From the NCBI GenBank assembly GCA_965207455.1, contig CBDBMJ010000001.1, positions 96,001 to 160,000 on the forward strand: a DNA stretch of 64,000 bases, read 5' to 3'. Under the pieces are notes generated by a model. That model saw nothing but the letters and a program-made list of their open reading frames with translations. It had not been told where the DNA came from and made no database searches. The translations under genes and the position numbers were made by a program. The DNA is from Bdellovibrionota bacterium (lineage in GTDB: Bacteria > Bdellovibrionota > UBA1018 > CAIPTA01 > JAALKR01). Shown in pieces: positions 40,022 to 48,567 of this stretch; position 1 is the stretch's first letter, and every line of letters begins with the position of its first letter.

Positions 40022-40282
40022 TTATTTACGCAGCTTCAGTGTTTTAATGAGAGCGCTGTAACGAGACACTTCCCTTTTCTTCAAATACTCTAAAAGCTTG
40101 CGACGTTGAGCCACAAGATTTAATAAACCACGACGACCGTGATTGTCCTTTTTATGTACTTTGAAGTGCTCTGTTAAGTGGACTATGCGATTTGTTATAA
40201 TAGCCACTTGAACTTCTGGCGATCCAGTGTCACCGGAAGCACGGGCAAATTTCTTAATCACTGTTTCTTTCTTTTCTAACAT
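40022..40282 (-). CDS. rpsO: 30S ribosomal protein S15
   Basis: [21 protein letters not shown]; rpsO-pnp synteny. Confidence 0.99.
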   Translation of the reverse strand: MLEKKETVIKKFARASGDTGSPEVQVAIITNRIVHLTEHFKVHKKDNHGRRGLLNLVAQRRKLLEYLKKREVSRYSALIKTLKLRK

Positions 40283-40374
40283 TTAACCTGCAATATCTTT
40301 ATTTCGTTTTTTTTTATTATTCTGTCGATACCCGAATACCATAGTTTTACAGGAGGTTCAAGGTATGGTGGGTT

Positions 40375-41349
40375 TTATTTTTTTTTGCTCTTTTTGGGAG
40401 CAGGAAGACCCTCCATATGCCCTTTTAAGTGCTTACGGAGCTTCTCAATCACCCGAACCTCTATTTGACGAGCCCTCTCCCTTGAAATCCCAAACACAGT
40501 GGCTATCTGCTGGAGGGTCTGAGGACTCTCCGAGAGCAAGCGCAACTGGAAAATGGCCCGCTCCTTTTCGTTCAAATGGGAATGAAATGTGGATACATGG
40601 TTGAGCAGAATCTCTTTAATTTGATCTTGGGCTAGCTGGTCATCGGCTAACATGCGGTTATCCTTAAGGAAATCCTTTGGGCTCAAGCTCCCTCCTTCTC
40701 CGTCACCCCCATCCTTAAAAGGTTGATCTATGGAAATCTCATGCCCAGAGCTAGACATCCGCATATCCATCTCCGAAACCTCAGACTCCTTTACATCCAA
40801 CTTTTCTGCCAATAGGGCAGGCGCCATGGGAATACCCCTAGCCTCCAAATTGCGCTTTTCCCGCATCAAATTGTAAAACAACTTCTTCTGAGCCTGAGTG
40901 GTCCCTATTTTTACTAGACGAAAATTGTCGATCAAAAACTTTAAAATATAGGAACGAATCCACCAAGATGCGTAATAGGATAGGCGTGTGCCCCTGTAGG
41001 GATCATAGTTAGACACCGCCTTCATTAAGCCCACATTGCCCTCCTGAATCAAGTCCAACATATTCTGGTAGGAATGGCGGTATTCCATGGCAATCTTCAC
41101 CACAAGTCGCAAATTACTCGTCACCAAGGCCTTGGCATACTTCACATCACCCGTTTTTTTAAATTTCCGTGCCAACTCCACCTGCTCCTCAGGGGGAAGG
41201 ATCGAGTAGCGACTGATTTCGTGTAAGTAACGTTGTAGGGGGTCTAAGACCCGTTTCGACGGAACAGGCAGAGAACTTCCCTTAGGTAAAACTATGGGCA
41301 GGTTGGATTTCGACTTTTTACTGCGCTTTTTCACTTTCAGTGTCTCCAA
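40375..41349 (-). CDS. rpoH: RNA polymerase sigma-32 family factor
   Basis: SNLRLVVKIA, DLIQEGNVGL, RpoH-box-like QKKLFYNL, SRERARQIE. Confidence 0.88.
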   Translation of the reverse strand: METLKVKKRSKKSKSNLPIVLPKGSSLPVPSKRVLDPLQRYLHEISRYSILPPEEQVELARKFKKTGDVKYAKALVTSNLRLVVKIAMEYRHSYQNMLDLIQEGNVGLMKAVSNYDPYRGTRLSYYASWWIRSYILKFLIDNFRLVKIGTTQAQKKLFYNLMREKRNLEARGIPMAPALLAEKLDVKESEVSEMDMRMSSSGHEISIDQPFKDGGDGEGGSLSPKDFLKDNRMLADDQLAQDQIKEILLNHVSTFHSHLNEKERAIFQLRLLSESPQTLQQIATVFGISRERARQIEVRVIEKLRKHLKGHMEGLPAPKKSKKK

Positions 41350-41429
41350 ATAGGTTTAGTAGAGTCTACAGAACAAATAGACGCAAGGCGATGCTATTTT
41401 CTTGACTCTCCACCCATCTTCTACCATAT

Positions 41430-42389
41430 TTGAACCTAGGAAAAGCCACAGCTTTTAGTGAGAAGAAGGGGGATGTATATAGTATGTGGATATTTAAGAC
41501 ATTTCAAAAATATTTTCTTTTTATACTGCTGTTGGCACAGCTTCCCCACACCCTCCAAGCCCAGAACAACTGCGGCTATACACGGATCAATGGAAAACAA
41601 TTCTGGCGTTGCATGCAAACCGAATCTGTTTTTCGAGAGGGACAAACAGTATCTAAAAATATGGTGGCAGCCGATTTGCTCACAGTGAAGCGAGTGGAGC
41701 CCGATGTATTGCTGAGAAAACGAAGGCCGCTTGTATTGTCGAAAAAACGGGTACGATCGCCCCGGTATGGAGAAAGCGTCGTAGGAATCTTAGATCTGGG
41801 AGTTAGCCTTGGACTTACAAGCTTTTCGGACATCAGCACCAAAGCTGGCAAAAAAACTCCCACCCTGGGGATCCTCCTTTCAGCACCCCTTTCTTCCGTA
41901 TTTAGATTGATGCTGAGCTATTCCTACCAAAGTAAAAAGCTGCTGTTAGGCTTGGAAGATCGCCAGGAAACAAAGAACGCCGATGATCTATCCATTTCCA
42001 GCGACTCCCGCATAACCACCCACTTAGTGGGAGCTGAGGTCCAAGCTTTTCTAGGAAGTAGGGAGGCGACGTGGCGACCCTTTTTAGGACTAGGGCTAGG
42101 CTACTCCCTATCGCAGCTAGAAGACACCGTTTCGCCCTATTCCATTGGCACTAAGCGACACATTTTGAGGCAATCCAACCTTGGGGCACTGCTGAGCCTG
42201 GGTCTTCACTACCGCGTGGACTCCCGTTTGCGCCTACTTGCAAGTGCACGCTTTTTTGATTCCCTACATTCTTTCGACCCATCGGGCTTTTCTGAAAATA
42301 AAAACTTGAATTTATTGGAAGCAAAGGATAGTACATTTACATCTACTAATTATTCACAATTTATTGGCGGTATACAATACAGTTTTTAA
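41430..42389 (+). CDS. Outer-membrane beta-barrel protein
   Basis: Signal peptide (start probably 41484), PFLGLGLGY, C-terminal YSF. Confidence 0.75.
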   Translation: MNLGKATAFSEKKGDVYSMWIFKTFQKYFLFILLLAQLPHTLQAQNNCGYTRINGKQFWRCMQTESVFREGQTVSKNMVAADLLTVKRVEPDVLLRKRRPLVLSKKRVRSPRYGESVVGILDLGVSLGLTSFSDISTKAGKKTPTLGILLSAPLSSVFRLMLSYSYQSKKLLLGLEDRQETKNADDLSISSDSRITTHLVGAEVQAFLGSREATWRPFLGLGLGYSLSQLEDTVSPYSIGTKRHILRQSNLGALLSLGLHYRVDSRLRLLASARFFDSLHSFDPSGFSENKNLNLLEAKDSTFTSTNYSQFIGGIQYSF

Positions 42390-42558
42390 TTTCATTGGGA
42401 CATTGGGAAGAACGTTAGCAGCGTAACCTGTGTTCCTATAGAACTTGATTTTTATATGGTTTGAACGTACAATAGTAGTAGACGCATTGTGGGTCGACGG
42501 CATATTAGGTGCTTACCGGTTGAAATATCACAATGGAATTTCGGAGAAAGAGCAATAT

Positions 42559-42783
42559 ATGCCAGAGAGTATAAGCCCGCTTACGGGCAGAATTGAAGAG
42601 TCTGATGTGGTCATTGATTTTGGTCCATACGAAGGAAAAAAAGTTTCAGAAATACGAGATGAAAATCCGGAGTTTCTGAAAGAACTAATCCGAGAAAGAA
42701 ATAGCAACAATATAGCAATTCGCAAATATAAAGATAAAACCTTTCACCTATATATTAACCCACTAGCCATGCGATACAGTTAG
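42559..42783 (+). CDS. Small DUF3820-like protein
   Basis: IDFGPYEGKKVSEI...PEFL motif. Confidence 0.55.
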   Translation: MPESISPLTGRIEESDVVIDFGPYEGKKVSEIRDENPEFLKELIRERNSNNIAIRKYKDKTFHLYINPLAMRYS

Positions 42784-42883
42784 TTGAGATGTAATCGGCT
42801 AGCAAACTGGGAATTTCGAACGAAAAAAACCCCTGCCTTTCCCACTCAGGAGAAAAGCAAGGATCAAGTAAGATTAATCTTAT

Positions 42884-43360
42884 TTATTTGAGAGACTCGA
42901 GTTTAATTCTAGCAGACTCTCCCGCAACTGAAACCGAAATTTGGAGCTTAAATTCTCCTCCCAGATAAAGCGGTGTATCTGAAGTACATACGCTAGATTT
43001 ACACCTAAGGGGTATAGTTCTACTTACGTTTACCCGTCCACCAGCTCTTGGGGAATAATAAAATACTGAACCCGAAATATTATTTTCAGGAACAGAACTG
43101 TAACGGAGCTCAACTGTAATATATCTTGTTTCTCCATTCACATTAACACTATGTTCTCTGAGGGTACAGATTATCGTTCGTACAAAGAACTTAGGAGGAT
43201 CAGGAGACTCACACTCTGCCCTTACCCATTGATCACCCCCTCCCACAGGTGGTGGAGTTTCGTGAGCAAAAACTGGAGCACTCCATAAAGCGCAAACCAT
43301 AGTCAATGCTAAAGTTAATGTTGTTAATTTTATTGATGTTGATTTTAATATAGTTCTCAT
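42884..43360 (-). CDS. Secreted Cys-containing hypothetical protein
   Basis: Signal peptide, AAGG RBS, downstream hairpin at 42824-42865. Confidence 0.75.
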   Translation of the reverse strand: MRTILKSTSIKLTTLTLALTMVCALWSAPVFAHETPPPVGGGDQWVRAECESPDPPKFFVRTIICTLREHSVNVNGETRYITVELRYSSVPENNISGSVFYYSPRAGGRVNVSRTIPLRCKSSVCTSDTPLYLGGEFKLQISVSVAGESARIKLESLK

Positions 43361-43665
43361 AATTTTCCTTCTTTCTTTTTAGTTAATGTTGATTTTACTT
43401 CTGCAACTACCCTCGGATAAATTTGAAAATAAGTATAATGGTATTATTTATTCCTTGTAATAAAAAAAATTTATGTCAATTGGGCTGAACCCGAGAGATT
43501 AGTGCCAAGATTAGCACGAATCGCATTAGAGAAACTGCGGTCAACCGAAAAATATCTTGTTTCACCAAGGCAGATACACCTCAATCTAATGGTATGTCAG
43601 AGAAAGAAAAATTGAATTGTAGGACCGTTATCAAATAAGCAATTCCCTGAACAGGGAGGAGGACA

Positions 43666-43694
43666 AAAAAAACCCCTCGATTGGAGGGGTTTTT
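43666..43694. terminator. Intrinsic terminator
   Basis: AAAAACCCCTC-gattg-GAGGGGTTTTT. Confidence 0.75.
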
Positions 43695-43766
43695 CTTTAT
43701 GCTTTTCTAGCCCTTCCCATTTAAGGGAAAAGCAAGAAACAAGATAAGCACTTTCAGCGAGTTATC

Positions 43767-44276
43767 TTATTTTCTTTTAAGTTTGAACTCAACTACTCGG
43801 ACATCAAGCTCATCTTCACTTGCAGGCATAACCGCCAAATAAAGATTTAAACCTTTTTCATGTAAACGTTCCAGGTTTTCTGAAGACTCACAGTACTCGC
43901 TGTTAAGACCTCCGGTACAGTTAAGTACTATAGTGGCTTGTGGTGAGGACAGATCTTCGTAAGAATATACGGCTGCGTTAAAACTGAAATAAGAACTCTT
44001 CTCTTGTCCACCAGTTTTAAAGGTCATTAAAATTCCAAAAGTTTCTACTTTTTCATGCATTTTAACTTCCTGTGTAGTTTGGCAGAATGTTGAGTATCTC
44101 TTGTTGTCGTCAGAACCAGTAACCTTTTTATGACATTTTGCCATTGGATCTGAAGGCACTTCTGACACACCTTTTACTTCCATTTCAGTCATGGGAGATT
44201 CTCCCATGGCAAAAGCTGGAGAGCTTGGCAAAGCACAAAGTATAGTAAATACGATTGTTAGTTTTAGTATGTTCAT
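43767..44276 (-). CDS. Secreted Cys-containing hypothetical protein
   Basis: Start MNILK with GAGG RBS; signal peptide. Confidence 0.75.
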   Translation of the reverse strand: MNILKLTIVFTILCALPSSPAFAMGESPMTEMEVKGVSEVPSDPMAKCHKKVTGSDDNKRYSTFCQTTQEVKMHEKVETFGILMTFKTGGQEKSSYFSFNAAVYSYEDLSSPQATIVLNCTGGLNSEYCESSENLERLHEKGLNLYLAVMPASEDELDVRVVEFKLKRK

Positions 44277-44343
44277 AGTTTTTTCCTCTTTTCTTGATAA
44301 TTTTATTATAAGAGACACACCATGCATCTCTTTTATGAAGAGC

Positions 44344-44373
44344 ACAATAATCTGACCTGCTATCTAGTGTCAA
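44344..44373 (-). promoter_or_regulatory. sigma70-type promoter TTGACA-N18-TATTGT
   Basis: Identical to 11349-11378. Confidence 0.65.
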
Positions 44374-44398
44374 TACTTTTTTTCATTTTTTTTAGGGG

Positions 44399-44690
44399 CA
44401 AAAGGAAAGATCACACCACGGTGTATAATCTTTTTTATTCTTAATAATTTAAGGGAGGGAGCATCAATGGAAATGGAGATTAAAGTGATGCGGAGGGTTG
44501 TGGGCAGAGAGAAAGTAATGCGAGATATTATGTTGAGGGTGGTGAGACAATCTGAGGTTGCTAGGGAGTTTGCTTCTAAGTCGAGTGTAGATGAATTATC
44601 TTTTCAAGATATATCGCAGGGATCGTGCTAGGGCTTTGGGTCCACTCTGATGTCAGAGACTTTGTTAGAGAGATTTGAATCCGATGGATT
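44399..44690 (+). pseudogene. Degenerate, internally deleted copy of the ISNCY/IS1202-like element
   Basis: One 23-bp repeat unit, ATG 44467 MEMEIKVMRRVVGREKVMRDI, remnant GFG.TLMSETLLERF. Confidence 0.8.
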
Positions 44691-44717
44691 ATGTTAGAAA
44701 AACAAAACGTTATGTTG

Positions 44718-44742
44718 GTATCCGTTTTTTCGGGAAAGATCA
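44718..44742. mobile_element. Solo IS3-family-like terminal repeat
   Basis: GTATCCGTTTTTTCGGGAAAGATCA, matches 10310-10334. Confidence 0.55.
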
Positions 44743-44857
44743 GTTCTTTGCTGATCTATTTGACTCTCATCTTGCCACCAAATCTCTGTTTTTTTAGAAT
44801 CTAGATTTTCCTTCATTTTCTCCGCTGCTTTTGGAAAATTTAGCTTGAACTGTTCAA

Positions 44858-45136
44858 TTACTTCTTGAGATCACTTAGGAAATCTAAAACTCCCTTATAG
44901 CTGAGTCCCTTGGCTATTCGATCAAGGGTAAGTATTCCTAAATTCCCATTCCCAGAAGTGATGCGTTGAATTGTGGATCGAGCAACCCTTGACTCCCAAG
45001 AGAGCCATTCCACGGGCTTATCTAGTTTATATAAGTCTTTGTTAATTTTTTGACCAATTATTGTTAAAAGCTTTTCTTCAGACTTATTCCTTGGTGTTCC
45101 TGTCAATGACTTGATTCGTCGCAGTGTTTCTTTCAT
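44858..45136 (-). CDS. XRE-family HTH regulator
   Basis: WLSWESRVARSTIQRITSGNGNLGILTLDRIAKGL. Confidence 0.8.
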   Translation of the reverse strand: MKETLRRIKSLTGTPRNKSEEKLLTIIGQKINKDLYKLDKPVEWLSWESRVARSTIQRITSGNGNLGILTLDRIAKGLSYKGVLDFLSDLKK

Positions 45137-45231
45137 AAATAAAGATTATATTAAAAAAATAACTTGAACTGCCTATATATCGGGCTTATTTTAGAGTCCT
45201 ATATAAAGGCGAATGAAGGAAATATTATTCT

Positions 45232-45639
45232 ATGTTAATTATTAAAAGAAAAGTTCAAAATCCGGGGATTTTCTTTCCTGATATAAGAAAAATTGAATAT
45301 CAAGTAATAGGGCGGATTTTAATTAGTAAAAAAATTATTAGCTTAAGGCGAAAAGCAAAACTTTCTCTTTTGGAGACATCATACAAAACTGGGATTGATT
45401 TCTGGAGGCTATGGAAATATGAATGGGGTATAATTGAGATTCCTTGCAATAAAATTTCTGTTTTACTTAGATTATATAATGCGAGCGAAGTAGATATATT
45501 TTATTTTTGTGCTTTCAATAGAATTACAGTTTATCAGGAAATAAAAAATAGTTATTTTTTAAATAGTTTATTTTTGTTAGTATCACCAAAAAGGCTGTAC
45601 AATTCAATCAAGCGACTCAAGAATAGAACTCGCCCCTGA
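45232..45639 (+). CDS. HTH-domain protein (XRE-like), divergent from 44858
   Basis: LRRKAKLSLLETSYKTGID..RLWKYEWG...IP. Confidence 0.6.
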   Translation: MLIIKRKVQNPGIFFPDIRKIEYQVIGRILISKKIISLRRKAKLSLLETSYKTGIDFWRLWKYEWGIIEIPCNKISVLLRLYNASEVDIFYFCAFNRITVYQEIKNSYFLNSLFLLVSPKRLYNSIKRLKNRTRP

Positions 45640-46398
45640 CAGCCAACGTTTCCCGTTAGTGTTTCTTATTGTAAGCAAACCCCCCGGCATCTGTATCTCT
45701 AAGGGAAGACTGCCAAGCTTGCTTGAAAAATATTTTTCATAACAAGCAGCAATTACCATGGCATTACTGGCACAAGATTGAGTAGCTCCTGCACCCCTCT
45801 CCCAAACCTCCACACCTAAGGAGTTTGCCTTGTGGTGCAAATCTACAAAAGCAATATTGGATTGGGTAGCTTCCTCTAGCGCCGGCCCATACTTTTGCAA
45901 AGAAAAATCTTGAGGCTTTTTCCATTGTTTATCCGAACCCCAAAAAATAATTGTATGGGGATTACCAATCTCAGCTTGGTAGCAAGGTATGGAGTGGCCC
46001 AGCACCTGTATGCGAGAGAAACGTAAACCTTTGACCTCTCCCATAGAAATGGAAAAATCCCCTCTATCCTTCAAGCGCATCACTTCACAAATATTTTTCG
46101 ACACGGAAACGGAAAAAATTTCTCCTTCCCGAGCCTCCACCCACTTACAGTTTTCCGCAAGATGCATAAATGCCCTTAGCCCATTACCGCACATTTCTGC
46201 TAAACTTCCATCACGGTTCCAAATCTGAAGCGTAAGAGGAGCTTGCAATTCTAAAATCTGATCTGCATGGGGCTTAGACTCCAGAGCAATTTTTTTTACA
46301 AATTCCTGCTTGTCTAAAAAATTTTCAGGAAAATACTTGGACTCACAAACAATACAAACATTACCCGTGCCCTCAACTTTCCAATATTTACTTGCCAT
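45604..46398 (-). CDS. dapF: Diaminopimelate epimerase (divergent)
   Basis: NRDGSLAEMCGNGLR, GNPH, WERGAG.T.SC, MPGG. Confidence 0.8.
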   Translation of the reverse strand: MASKYWKVEGTGNVCIVCESKYFPENFLDKQEFVKKIALESKPHADQILELQAPLTLQIWNRDGSLAEMCGNGLRAFMHLAENCKWVEAREGEIFSVSVSKNICEVMRLKDRGDFSISMGEVKGLRFSRIQVLGHSIPCYQAEIGNPHTIIFWGSDKQWKKPQDFSLQKYGPALEEATQSNIAFVDLHHKANSLGVEVWERGAGATQSCASNAMVIAACYEKYFSSKLGSLPLEIQMPGGLLTIRNTNGKRWLSGASSILESLD

Positions 46399-47716
46399 CG
46401 GTAGAACCCGGAAATAGTTTTTTCTTATAATGAATGGCTTCCTCTAAGAGTCCGGACCATGCTTTGTCTTTGTGGTAGCAAAGAGTGCCATCTACCCAAG
46501 TGTGGGTAACGTTAGTGGGATTTCCAGAATACACAATGGAGTTATAGACCTCGTCGATATTGTCTTTATTGGGCAAACATAGGGAATGGATCTGTTGCAG
46601 ATCTAGGGCAACAAGGTCTGCTTTTTTCCCCACCTTCAACGATCCAACCTGATCCTCTAGCCCTAGAGTGCGTGCACCCTCTTTCGTGGCCATCTCAAAA
46701 ATTGTTTTTGCGGGCATGGCACTAGGGCCTAACTTATATTTTTGAATCAATCCCGCTAGGCGCATTTCTTGGAACATATTTAAATTATTGTTGCAGGCAG
46801 CACCGTCGGCACCAAGGCTTACACAAACACCTTTGTCTAACAAATGGGGTATACCCGCTATGCCAGAGGCAAGCTTTAAATTAGACGATGGACAGTGGGA
46901 AACTTTTGTTTGAGTAGAAGCCAATAACTCTATTTCTTTTTCCTGTAACCAAACACAATGGGCTAGTACAAGATTAGCTCCCGTGAGTTCCAACTGGTGC
47001 AAATACTCCACATTGTTGCAACCATGGAGATCGCGAACATACGCCACTTCCTCTTGGTTTTCACTGGCGTGGGTGTGGATCAAGAGGTTATATTTTTTTG
47101 CATAATCTCGCACCTTCGACAATAAATCCGACGTACAGGACACAGCAAACCTGGGAGCAAAAGCATAGCGAAGCCTATCGTTTTCTTTTCCATGCCACTT
47201 GTTTGCCAGTTGAATACTCTCTCGCAAAGAATCTTCAGTGGATTCCAACAGAGCACACTGAGGGTCTCCCTGATCCATCATACACTTACCAATAAAAGCA
47301 CGAATTCCCATCTCCTTGGCTGCGGTGAAGATAGCGTCGGTATGATTTACTGTTCCCATATCTAAAATAGTGGTTGTGCCACCTGAGAGTAACTCTCCAA
47401 TACCTAAACGGGCGCTAGCGTATAGACTCTCTTGAGTGTGCTTGGCTTCCATGGGCCATATTTTTTTTTCTAGCCACTGCAATAGGGGCAAATCCTCAGC
47501 AAGGTTTCGAAAGAGTGTTTGGCAGAGGTGGGTGTGGGTTTGTACAAATCCGGGAATGAGGACTTGTCCTCGAAGGAAAATTGTTTTTTCCCCTTTTTGT
47601 GCTTTTATTGTGGGAGCAATTTCCAGAATCGTATCGTTTGCTATCCTGAGATCACCTTGAAAAAAAGAGTTCTCATTGGTTAATAAAAAAGCGCCCTGGA
47701 GTAGAGTGTTTGCCAT
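46388..47716 (-). CDS. Amidohydrolase, 5'-deoxyadenosine/MTA-SAH deaminase-like
   Basis: PGFVQTHTH, HTHASE, AHCVW, HCPSSNLKLASG, GADG. Confidence 0.88.
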   Translation of the reverse strand: MANTLLQGAFLLTNENSFFQGDLRIANDTILEIAPTIKAQKGEKTIFLRGQVLIPGFVQTHTHLCQTLFRNLAEDLPLLQWLEKKIWPMEAKHTQESLYASARLGIGELLSGGTTTILDMGTVNHTDAIFTAAKEMGIRAFIGKCMMDQGDPQCALLESTEDSLRESIQLANKWHGKENDRLRYAFAPRFAVSCTSDLLSKVRDYAKKYNLLIHTHASENQEEVAYVRDLHGCNNVEYLHQLELTGANLVLAHCVWLQEKEIELLASTQTKVSHCPSSNLKLASGIAGIPHLLDKGVCVSLGADGAACNNNLNMFQEMRLAGLIQKYKLGPSAMPAKTIFEMATKEGARTLGLEDQVGSLKVGKKADLVALDLQQIHSLCLPNKDNIDEVYNSIVYSGNPTNVTHTWVDGTLCYHKDKAWSGLLEEAIHYKKKLFPGSTDGK

Positions 47717-48567
47717 TAATGGGATTCTTTTTTCAAAATTAAGGGAATACTATCCAATAAAACCTTGGAAAGTCGGGAGATCACTTGCCTAGCTATTTTC
47801 TGTACCTCTTCATGGTGGAGAGGCTCCTTTTGGATTCCCGTACCCATGTTTGTAATGCAAGAAATGCCACTTACACGCACACCCAAGTGGCGTGCTGCAA
47901 TTGCCTCAGGAACGGTACTCATACCCACAGCATCTGCCCCCATGGCCTGTAGCATGCGAACTTCGGCAGGAGTTTCGTAAGTGGGACCCCTCATGCTAGC
48001 ATACACACCTTTTTGTAGAGAAATGCCATGCTTTTTACTCACAGACTCCAGTATGGCAATGGCTTTTTGACAGTAGGGCTCGCTCATATCCGGAAATCGA
48101 GGACCAAATTGAATGGACTCGTTTCCTGTGAGTGGATTATCTCCCATAAAGTTAATGTGGTCCTCAATAATCATGAGGTCGCCCTGTTTAAATTTTGTGT
48201 TTAAACCACCGGCTGCATTGCTGAGGATAATATGTTGCACACCCAACATGCATAGAACACGGGTGGGTAGCACAATACTACTCATGGAATGACCCTCATA
48301 AAAATGCCAGCGTCCCTGCATTGCCACAATAGGTATATCTCGAATGGTTCCAAAAATAAGTTTTCCCGAATGTCCCTCCACCTGTGTTTCATGAAAATAA
48401 GGGATCTCGCTATAAGGAACAGCTTTCTGATCTTTAATTTCATTTACAAATTGCCCTAAACCACTGCCGAGAACAATGGCTAACTTTGGCTTTGCCTCCA
48501 CCCTGTTTTTTAAAAACTGAGTGACTTCTTGAATTTCCCTAACGGTTTTGTTTATTTGTTCTTTCAT
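47716..48567 (-). CDS. punA: Purine-nucleoside phosphorylase (trimeric type)
   Basis: LGSGLG, GR.HFYEG, GPTYETPAE, VGMSTVPE. Confidence 0.95.
   Translation of the reverse strand: MKEQINKTVREIQEVTQFLKNRVEAKPKLAIVLGSGLGQFVNEIKDQKAVPYSEIPYFHETQVEGHSGKLIFGTIRDIPIVAMQGRWHFYEGHSMSSIVLPTRVLCMLGVQHIILSNAAGGLNTKFKQGDLMIIEDHINFMGDNPLTGNESIQFGPRFPDMSEPYCQKAIAILESVSKKHGISLQKGVYASMRGPTYETPAEVRMLQAMGADAVGMSTVPEAIAARHLGVRVSGISCITNMGTGIQKEPLHHEEVQKIARQVISRLSKVLLDSIPLILKKESH

Noticed and set aside
44689..44720. dif/xrs site next to the IS1202-like relic (TTATGTT twice)
   Set aside because: Only XerD-like half-sites; no XerC arm at the 6-bp spacing
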